DNA of 23,557 nt, taken from Chiloscyllium plagiosum. Taxonomy: Eukaryota. The position numbers and the translations under genes were made by a program. Shown here in pieces: positions 10,801 through 23,557 of this stretch. The DNA lies in contig NC_057719.1 of NCBI RefSeq assembly GCF_004010195.1, positions 88,253,352-88,276,908 on the forward strand. The letters are read 5' to 3'. Position 1 is the stretch's first letter, and each line of letters opens with the position of its first letter. Below the pieces are notes generated by a model that ran no database searches, had not been told where the DNA came from, and saw only the letters and a program-made list of their open reading frames with translations.

Positions 10801-13800
10801 ATGAAGAGATTCAAGTCAGCATTGAAGAGAAGTCTTTTACACACTGCAGTTCACAACCCCAGTGTCCCAAAGGGCTTTCTAGCCAATAAAATACACACTT
10901 ACATCCTTCCACCTCTTTTTGTGCCCCCACTCCAATTGGACAATTACAGAGACCAAACCCCTCTCCAACACAGAATGAATCCTTCAAAATTAATTGTTAC
11001 ATTTCTGTCTGTCTCTCTCAGGGTGAAGAACTTCGAGATGGGGGATGCTTACAAGAAAGCCTGGGGTAGTGATGCTGATGGGAACACAGGCAAAGTTGTC
11101 TCCAATCAGCCAGGCAACATGCAGAATCACCATGAGATGGCCAGGAGGGGCGGTGAAGGAGAAGGCTACATTGCCAGGTAGAAGGGATCGGGCTGCATCA
11201 TTGTCCAGATTCAGGGCATAGGCGGCTGGCTGCGCGTGTCACTTGTCACGTTGGGATCAGCAAATGTCCTTTCACCACTAATCCCCAGCCACTGAACAGC
11301 TTGATTTGTAAGGGGCAGCATGACCTTTCCATCCCTGATCCTAAAGGAGAACAGGTGTGTCCTCTCCATCTTTCACTCTCTTTGAATGACCTTTGCACCC
11401 ATCCAAAGTGGAGAATCCACCTAATTCCTAATGATTCTCCCACATAGCCCCTGTTTACTCGAGACTCACTGGTGCTTTTGCTTCAATAACAAAGAGCAGA
11501 AGATGTTAGAGAAGCATTCACCACACCAAATTTCACTTTGAAATAACCTGACAATTTTGGGTCTGTTTTAGGATAACCAATGACTCTCGAGAGGATGAAA
11601 TGGAAGAAAATCTGCAGCAAGTGGGCAGTATCATTGGAAATCTGAAAAACATGGCAATTGACATGGGCAACGAAATAGATGCCCAGAACAAAAAGATTGA
11701 CTCCATTTCTGGAAAGGTACTTGCTGTGTTTTCAACCTCCTTCTCTCAACTGCTGAGGCTTCTGAAATTACATTACATTACATTACATTACAGCGTGGAA
11801 ACAGGCCCTTCGGCCCAACAAGTCCACACCGACCCGCTGAAGCGCAACTCACCCATACCCCTACATTTACCCCTTACCTAACACTATGGGCAATTTAGCA
11901 TGGCCAATTCACCTGACCTGCACATCTTTGGACTGTGGGAGGAAACCGGAGCACCCGGAGGAAACCCACGCAGATACGGGGAGAACGTGCAAACTCCACA
12001 CAGTCGGTCGCCTAAGGTGGGAATTGAACCCGGGTCTCAGGTGCTGTGAGGTAGCAGTGCTAACCACTGTGCCATCGTGCCGCCCACAAATGTAATCTAA
12101 TGTAATGTAATGTAATCTCTTGTTACAGAGGCAGCATTGTTTTAACGTTTTGGGTGAATAGCTTGAGTTTTTAAATACAGCTAATGCCTGCTCACGGGGC
12201 TTCATGTGTTTGAAGAATTTGGACACCAATCTAAAAGTGCAAGTCATTAAGATAACAGCGGATTACATAATGTGTTTAAATGTGGCATGGCCCCTCCTAG
12301 CTTAGATTGGATTAAGATTCATATCATTACAAAGGGCTAGAACTTGCATGCTGTATTATACTCTGGTTAGACTGTATCACAAGTCCAAAGAAAACAAAGA
12401 AAATTTACAGCCCAGGAACAGGCCCTTTGGCTTCCAAGCCTGAGCTGATCCAAATCTACTGTCTAAACCTGTCGTCCATTCCTAAGCATCTGTATCCCTC
12501 TGCTCCCCACCTACTCGTGCATCTATCCAGACGCATCTTAAATGAATCTACCGTGCCTGCCTCTACCACCTCTGCTAGTAACGCGTTCCAGACACCCACC
12601 ACCCTCTCCGTAAAGTACTTGCTGCGTGTATCCCCCTTAAACTTTCCACCTCTCACCTTGAAAGTGTGATTTTATTATTGGATCCTTCACCCTGGGAAAA
12701 AGCTTATCCATATCTACCCTGTCTATACCCTTCGTGATTTTGTAAACCTCAATCAGGTTCCCCCTCATCTCCTTTTTTCTAATGAAAACAAACCTAACCT
12801 ACTCAACCTCTCTTCATAGCTAGCACTTTCAATACCAGGCAACATCCTCATAAACCTTCTCTGCACCCTCTCCAAAGCGTCCACACCCTTTTGGTAGTCT
12901 AGTGACCAGAACTGTACATGATATTCTAAATGCGGCTGAACCAATGTCTTGTACAATTTTAACATGACCTGCCAGCTCTTATGCTCAATACCCTGTCCGA
13001 TGAAGGCAAGCATACCATGGTTCAGTTGTGGGTATGACGCCTTAGGAAGGATATACTGCCTTGGGGAATGCAGTGCACCAGAGTAGGACAATAGGGGTTA
13101 AAATTGTGAATTGTTGATTGTTTATCCAATTATATCGAAGGTGATGAAAGCATGTTTTCTGGTGAGAAACCAAACCAAGAGGCATTAAAATTAGAGCTTG
13201 GCCCTTCATAAGGGTGATTTCAGAAAGGGTAATGTAAGTCTGGAACATTCAAAAGGCTGTAAATGATGAGGTTCAGTTGAAAATTTCACAGCTGAGATTT
13301 ATGGATTTTTGTTAGGCAAGGTTATTAGAATCCAGATTGAGGGTAGCTAAATCGAACTGCGTGATGGGACATGTCCTGACTGACTACCGATGTCATCATC
13401 TGCCCTGATAGAGTTGGGTTATGGTATGCATTTCAGCCGCAGATTTTTGTTAACTGAACTAAATTGGTTCTGTGTGGGTGGCACAGTGGCTATCGCTGCT
13501 GCTTCACAGCATTGGGGACCCGGTTTGATTCCAGCCTCTGGCGACTGTCTGCACAGTCTCCCACAGTCCCAAAGATATGCAGGTTAGGTTAAGTGGCCAA
13601 GTTAAATTGCCCATAGTGTTCAGTGATGTGTAGGTTAGGTGCATTAGTTAGGGGAAATGGGTCTGGGTGGGATACTATTCAGAGGGTCAGTGTGGACTTG
13701 ATTAATTAGGAGTGGGAAGGGAAATATTGTAGGTGCGAGTGCTGACTGTCTGTCTGTGTATTCAACAGGCTGATGCTAACAAAGCTCGGATTGATGAAGC

Positions 13801-13834
13801 CAACCAGAGAGCAAACAAACTCATCCAGAAGTAA
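4814..13834 (+). CDS. SNAP23: Synaptosomal-associated protein 23, spliced CDS join(4814..4870,5468..5509,6627..6675,7777..7894,11022..11177,11572..11716,13769..13834), 210 aa
   Basis: Exons of 57+42+49+118+156+145+66=633 nt join in frame through GT-AG introns. The protein has two Q-SNARE helices (..LDEQGEQL.., ..EIDAQN..) and the five-Cys cluster CCGLCVCPC. The 19-aa first coding exon and adjacency to LRRC57 favour SNAP23 over SNAP25. Confidence 0.95.
5468..5509 (+). CDS. SNAP23: SNAP23 coding exon 2 ([14 protein letters not shown])
   Basis: Acceptor ctctcttcacag; 42 nt; donor GAG|gtaaag; conserved SLESTRR motif. Confidence 0.96.
6627..6675 (+). CDS. SNAP23: SNAP23 coding exon 3 ([17 protein letters not shown])
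   Basis: Acceptor ctttttgtttcag; 49 nt; donor GAG|gtaagt; contains the zero-layer Gln of the first SNARE helix. Confidence 0.96.
7777..7894 (+). CDS. SNAP23: SNAP23 coding exon 4 ([39 protein letters not shown]), palmitoylation Cys cluster
   Basis: Acceptor tttttgtttag; 118 nt; donor AG|gtaggt. Confidence 0.97.
7985..8285 (-). mobile_element. Degenerate Deu-domain SINE
   Basis: gctcccacaaat...gcagtgcagcactctc...tctctggaatgggatt...ctctgactcaga. Confidence 0.5.
8323..8511. mobile_element. Penelope-like palindromic (foldback) element
   Basis: Inverted arms of about 85 nt (8323-8408 and 8427-8511) with an 18-nt loop; a related half-copy lies at about 3443-3510. Confidence 0.7.
9485..10015 (-). 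mobile_element. Degenerate Deu-domain SINE, interrupted by a Penelope-like fragment
   Basis: acttttgtagtgcagtcactgttg...gcaacgtgataatgaccaaat, reverse-similar to 22207-22300. Confidence 0.55.
9775..9871 (-). mobile_element. Penelope-like fragment ending in a hammerhead-like core
   Basis: gaaattgctggaaaagctcaacaggtctggcagc...; on -: gttCTGAGGAacggtcattctacctGAAAcattaac. Confidence 0.6.
11022..11177 (+). CDS. SNAP23: SNAP23 coding exon 5, linker ([31 protein letters not shown]...GYIA/R)
   Basis: Acceptor ctgtctctctcag; 156 nt, symmetric phase 2-2; donor CAG|gtagaa. Confidence 0.95.
11572..11716 (+). CDS. SNAP23: SNAP23 coding exon 6 ([48 protein letters not shown])
   Basis: Acceptor ctgttttag; 145 nt; donor AAG|gtactt; second SNARE helix. 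Confidence 0.97.
11767..12085 (-). mobile_element. HE1-type V-SINE, full length, 50 nt downstream of SNAP23 coding exon 6
   Basis: Same head and V-domain as the other copies; (attac)5 tail at 11767-11792. Confidence 0.92.
12386..13018 (-). mobile_element. CR1-like LINE, 5'-truncated
   Basis: ORF track peptides [38 protein letters not shown]...[17 protein letters not shown] and [30 protein letters not shown]; short-repeat tail. Confidence 0.9.
13021..13390 (+). mobile_element. Old CR1-like LINE fragment, opposite in orientation to the adjacent copy
   Basis: ttaggaaggatatactgccttgg (RKDILAL), then a degenerate ORF2 C-terminus. Confidence 0.55.
13475..13700 (+). mobile_element. Diverged V-SINE with an internal deletion in the V-domain
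   Basis: ggtggcacagtgg...gacccggtttgattcc...ctcccacagtcccaaagatatgcaggttagg...gtgtggacttg. Confidence 0.75.
13769..13834 (+). CDS. SNAP23: SNAP23 last coding exon ([21 protein letters not shown])
   Basis: Acceptor tattcaacag; TAA at 13832-13834. Confidence 0.96.
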   Translation, partial: ADANKARIDEANQRANKLIQK

Positions 13835-15355
13835 CACGGAATTGAACTCCAGACTTAACCTTGAATATACAGCTTCACCAGTCTGTATCCCTTTCTATGG
13901 GAGTCACTGCCTTCCTATGCCTTTCTGCATCTTGATTTCTCCAAACAAGTTAAATCTTTTGAATTAGTGTAAGATCTGAATTGGTGCCAAGTGACTCCTG
14001 GCGTTTTTCATCAATGTACAGTCTCCAAAGCTGAACTCCGGAGTCGTTCAGCTGACTGATTTCCACCACAGTGGCCTCAAGTTTAAGTGGCTTTTGGCAG
14101 CAGTTTAATCATTGTACGTTTCCAGCATCTGCTTGTTTTTTTTTTTGGGTCTATCAATGGAATGACTGTAAAGGTTAAAACTGGGAACTGTGGGCAGTTC
14201 AAATAAGCAATATCTGGGAGACTGATCTCTCTCTTCTTGAATTCCACTTTATACTTTCATTCATCCATTCCCCCTTGACTTCAACATCACCAGGTTATCT
14301 TAAATTGATGTTTGATCTTTCAGAGAAAAACTGCATTGGCCAAAGTAAGACCAGAGAGGAGCATGCTCTGAAGGGATGAGAATGAGTAGTTTGATTATAT
14401 ATGATCTAGAATGGTGCTGTTCCTACAGTGCAAAGTGTATTTTTAATTTTGCCCCAGAATGTTTTCTGGATGGAAGAAGCATTAAGATATGATGAGTGTG
14501 CTGGATCTCTGACCGTGAGAGAATTATGATTTTTGGTGGGGAGTCAAATTTGATTTGAACAACTACTGCTACTTGATAGTGACTGTAGAAATGCTGTTTT
14601 CTATCAAACCACCAGGCCCTGGACCTTCCCATCAAACCCTAAACTCTCCTCATGGTTTTGGTCTTCCTATTCACCCTGCTCATAGGTTTTCCTGTCAAAA
14701 CTCAAAATGCACAGGCCCCACTGACTGCCTGTTAATCTCTGTCTTCTCCCCCAACCCATTCTGGGTCTTGCTGTCAACTGCAAACTGCAGGTTATTTGGC
14801 TTTCCTATCAGCTTCAGCCATCTCATCCAGTACCCGGAGCACTGCAGCTGCTGGATTCTAGTTACTGATTTACAACCAACCTGTCTTTAAGCCTCAGTTG
14901 AGGGTCTGGACAGGGTACTGATCCGATGATCAATTCTTAAGTGAAATCAGTGACTACGAAGATACCAAAAGGCACTGAATTCAAAGTGGGAAATAATGTG
15001 AAATAATCTGTCCATGAGGTAGATGTTTGTATTTGTTCATGTTGCTTGGGCAAAGCTGGCTGTCTCTTTGGGCAAGGGTCACTACACAAAGCCTTTTTTT
15101 AAAAATAGAGAATGTCCCTCAGCTTCATGTCATTACTTACTATCAACTACTTGTACAGAAAAGAAAATAAGCAGTGGTCAGACTGCACAGACTATTTCCA
15201 GTGCTTTGGGGCTTGCTGTAATATATTGCACACTTAATTTCTCTAATATTGTAACTAATAATGTTTTATAGAAATAATTATTAACTCAAACATAACTGTG
15301 CCTGAAAACATCTCGTTTCTTTTTCTAAATAAATCCTTAAGTCATTGATTGAAGT
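13835..15355 (+). other. SNAP23: SNAP23 3'UTR (end approximate)
   Basis: Largely repeat-poor sequence from the stop codon to an AT-rich end with AATAAA at 15328. Confidence 0.6.
15328..15333 (+). terminator. Candidate SNAP23 polyadenylation signal
   Basis: AATAAA in U-rich context about 1.5 kb after the stop codon. Confidence 0.65.
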
Positions 15356-15791
15356 GAAACTGGTGTTATATTGGATTAAGGACCGCTGAACCTATTGATT
15401 AGAGCATTGATTTTAAAAAATGTTATTTATGCAGTGAGATGAAGCTTCATTCAACCATTTCTAGATTTTCTTAAGTCTACATAACTTTGGCCTGAAGTAA
15501 TATTTAGTTCAAAGAGCTCATTTATGGCAGGGAGAGTATTATTGGTGTTACCTTTGTAATTTCTTTGCTCTCTGAATTATCTTTGATGCAGCTAAATTTC
15601 TAGCTCTTATTTACCCCTCTCACTACCCTTTTTAAAATGTAACTATGGGTTCTGCGTTTTCCCCATGCTTTAGTTTGTCTTTTAGATAGTCAAGCACGGC
15701 AGAGGAAGATTTACCCTCACTCTGCCCCTAACCTGAGTTCCCTTCAAATCTAATGTAAAAAAACTCAAGAAAATACTTGCACATAGAATAC

Positions 15792-15797
15792 TTTATT
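15792..15797 (-). terminator. Candidate LRRC57 polyadenylation signal
   Basis: tttatt on + is AATAAA on -, about 550 nt past the stop codon, followed on - by GU/U-rich sequence. Confidence 0.65.
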
Positions 15798-16345
15798 TTT
15801 TTTTATATACAAAGTGCTGTTTGAAATGATGGGTTGGATTGGAGTCTAAATTCCACGACTAGCTGGCTGCACTGTCACCTTGAATTAAATGCTGAGCTTA
15901 AGCAGCAGAAGTGCCAGATCTGATCCCAACAGCAGCCTCTATATACCAGCAAGTCACCACTTCAAAGCAGAGGGTGAGCTTGAGGTAACTGAAACCATCC
16001 CCATGCATAAACCTAATTTCAGCACCTCTCCCAAATTCAGAAGTTACATACAAAGTGCTGTTGTACAAAGTGCGTCTGTAGTGGATAAATCAGGACTGTC
16101 CAGGGCTGTGTGTCCATGTTTACAGCAGCTTGAAGACAGAGTACAATGCATTATACAGATTAAAGACAGTATCGGTTTTACTAACACCAATAACTGGAAT
16201 GTAGGCAAGGCTGAGGACCATGGCATCATATCATGTACTGCCCCTTTCCACTGTCTCCTTCAATGAATTGGAGTTGCGTCCCCACTATAGTCTATTGCAG
16301 GTTACTACTACCACCATCTATGGTTGAGGGAGGAAGCTCAGACCT

Positions 16346-21179
<4,834 letters not shown>

Positions 21180-21823
21180 CTATCTCCCCACTCTCCAATC
21201 ACATCCACGTTTGCTCCATACAGGTCCCAGGATTCCTCCAGATTATACCTAAAATGAAAGCATTGAAGTTAACAAATAAGGACCTCTGAACCCAACAGGT
21301 AACTGCCACCTGTTCTAATTGTTAAAACTATCTTCAGGCACAATCACACATCTCTCTCCAGTGGAAACCAGATGGGTTTTCAACAATAATTGATCACAGT
21401 ATTACAATCACCAATTGTCAATAAAAATGACAGCTGGTTCACTAAACTCTGCTCTATTTAACTGGTCTGGCATGGTAATTATCTTTGACGCTAGATCCAA
21501 CAAGTCTATTATCCCTATCATTGATTCAACTGTTGTCAAGTACAATTAGGGAAAGGCAACAAATGCTAGTCTAGCCAGCAATGCTGCTTCCCAAGAACAA
21601 ATAGAAAGAAAAACTGATGAAGGCAAGTTTTTCTGTACATTTTCTTGCAACTACTTCCCTCTAATTATCTCAGTCTATATTAGAATAATTGAAGTATTCC
21701 GATATCACTACGCTAATTCTTGCATGATATTATAAATTGCTGCAAAAACTTTCTTCTCTATGTCCTTGCACTCTATTTGGTGGCTTAAAACATACACTCA
21801 AAAGGATAAAGGTTACGCTGACA

Positions 21824-22365
21824 GCCATAGCTCATTTGGTAGCACTTTTGCCTGTGAATCACATGATTATGGTTTCAAATCCCACTTCAGAAGTTAAGGA
21901 TTTAAAAAGGGGGAAAATATCAAAGATGAGGCCCTACTGTAGCATTGACGGTGTGTGGTACTGTTGGAGGTGCCCTCTTACAGATGAGATGTTAAGTTGG
22001 AAGCTCTTCCCTGTGTTCTGGCAATTCTTCAATCAGCATCACCAAAATAAATTAAAGTCATGATCACATTCCAAAAGAGAAAATACTGAAAAATCTTAGC
22101 AGGTCTGGCAGCATCTGTAAGGAGAGAAAAGAGCTGACGTTTCGAGTCTAACTGACCCTTTCTCTTTTGGTTTCAGATTCCAGCATCCGCAGTAATTTGC
22201 TTTTATGTCATGATCACATTGTTGTTTGTGGGAGTTTGCTGTAAGCAAATTGGGTGCTACCATTCCTACGTCAGTGACTCTACTTCAAAAATACTTAATT
22301 GGCTAGGTCCTTTGTGACATATAGTGACCACCGAAGGTCTGTAGAAAAAAAATCTGACTTTCTTT
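21824..22365 (+). mobile_element. Deu-domain SINE (SacSINE1/AmnSINE-like), interrupted at 22071-22206
   Basis: tRNA-like head ccatagctcatttggtagcac...ggtttcaaatcccact; Deu-like core atcacattgttgtttgtgggagtttgctg...cagtgactctacttcaaaaatactt. Confidence 0.65.
22071..22206. mobile_element. Penelope-like terminal-repeat fragment with internal inversion and a 14-bp TSD
   Basis: gtcatgatcacatt at 22057-22070 and 22207-22220; ccaaaagagaaa (22071-22082) is inverted at 22159-22170. Confidence 0.7.
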
Positions 22366-22811
22366 ATTCCTGAAAATTGATGTACCAATGTAGCAATAAC
22401 GAACTAGATAGGAAAATTGAAGTCCATAGGATTAGAAGGTCCATTACAACATAATACAAAATTGGCAAAGGGACAGAAAACAATAGCAAACTGATTTTCA
22501 GATATATAATGTCGGTACCACTGCTCTTTTTGATATTTATTAATGGCCTGGGAATGGGCAGACAGGACACAGTACTATTGAGAAAGTAGCATCAGAGTAG
22601 CAATAAACAACGTTAACAACAGCAACAGATGGGAAGTAGGGGGATAGCAAGCAGGAAGTAAAGAACTGATGGAATAGGAGGATATATGGAATTTGGAGCA
22701 ATGTCTTTAGACAGAAAGAATGAGAAGAGGCAATATATGATAAACAATCAGGCTGCTTGCCTATACATAAAGAACTGGATGATGTTAAAGCTTGGTTGAT
22801 AAGTGACAATT

Positions 22812-23224
22812 AGACCAGAAAAAAACAGGATCAGGATGTTCAGTCCCGAGCACCTGTTCATCAATTCAATAGAATCATGAAATGCAACATTCCTAACATC
22901 TATTTTCTTGTATTCTCTCCAGAATCCTCAATTCTTCTACTGATAATGAAACTATCAATCTCAGCCTTACATATTCACAAGGACTCTGCTCCACAGCTCT
23001 CTGTGGCAAGGATTTCCAAAGACACTCAACCCTCAGAAGAAATTCGTCACCTCAGTCTTAAATTGGTGTCCCTCTATTTTGAAACAATGCCCTCTGGTCC
23101 GAAACTCTTCCATGAGGGGGAAATATGCCCTCAGCACTTACCCTGTCAAGCACCTTCAGAATCCTATATGTTTCAATGAGATCATCTCTCATCCTTACAA
23201 ATTCCAGTGAGTAGGGTCCTAACC
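22812..23224 (-). mobile_element. Older CR1-like LINE 3' fragment abutting the younger copy
   Basis: RLGPYSLEFVRMRDDLIETYRILKVLDRVSAE in the ORF track. Confidence 0.75.
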
Positions 23225-23557
23225 TAAGACCATAAGACATAGGAGCGGAAGTAAGGCCATTCGGCCCATCGAGTCCACTCCGCCATTCAATCATGGCTGA
23301 TGGACATTTCAACTCCACTTACCCGGATTCTTCCCGTAGCCCTTAATTCCTTGTGACATCAAGAATTTATCAATTTCTGCCTTGAAGACATTTAGCATCC
23401 CAGCCTCCACTGCACTCTGTGGCAATGAATTCCACAGGCCCACCACTCTCTGGCTGAAGAAATGTCTCCGCATTTCTGTTCTGAATTTACCCCCCCTAAT
23501 TCTAAGGCTGTGTCCACGGGTCCTAGTCTCCTCGCCTAACGGAAACAATTTCCGAGC
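23225..23557 (-). mobile_element. Young CR1-like LINE 3' end, running off the window
   Basis: FPLGEETRTRGHSLRIRGGKFRTEMRRHFFSQRVVGLWNSLPQSAVEAG...GIKGYG; tail taagaccataagacatagg. Confidence 0.9.

Noticed and set aside
6676..11021. A duplicated, mutually exclusive Cys-cluster exon like SNAP25 5a/5b
   Set aside because: No second 118-nt homologous exon is visible in either flanking intron.
4814..13834. Calling the gene SNAP25
   Set aside because: The 19-aa first coding exon, five-Cys CCGLCVCPC cluster, longer linker exon and adjacency to LRRC57 all fit SNAP23.
15889..16266. 125-aa ORF on +
   Set aside because: Antisense to the LRRC57 3'UTR, with no recognisable domain or splice context.

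Overview
Vertebrate genomic DNA, most likely a shark or ray judging by its repeats (HE1-type V-SINEs, CR1-like LINE pieces, Deu-domain SINEs). It holds the complete coding regions of two convergent genes. SNAP23 is on + (7 coding exons, 4814..13834, 633 nt, 210 aa). LRRC57 is on - (5 coding exons, 21143..16346, 717 nt, 238 aa). All introns are GT-AG, both frames close exactly, and the candidate poly(A) signals are about 460 bp apart. The SNAP23-LRRC57 adjacency matches human synteny. Neither non-coding first exon was located. Most interesting non-gene signals: (1) short Penelope-like palindromic insertions with decayed minimal hammerhead-ribozyme cores, several with 14-16 bp TSDs and one split by a SINE; (2) a 122-bp, 119/122 inverted repeat around a 652-bp spacer; (3) a candidate RBFOX-flanked cassette exon after the SNAP23 Cys-cluster exon; (4) inverted SINEs bracketing SNAP23 exons; (5) a SNAP25-like BoNT/A scissile motif in this SNAP23. 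I found no evidence for a wholly new protein-coding system. Repeat names come from recall of consensus motifs, not database searches, and boundaries of old repeats are approximate.
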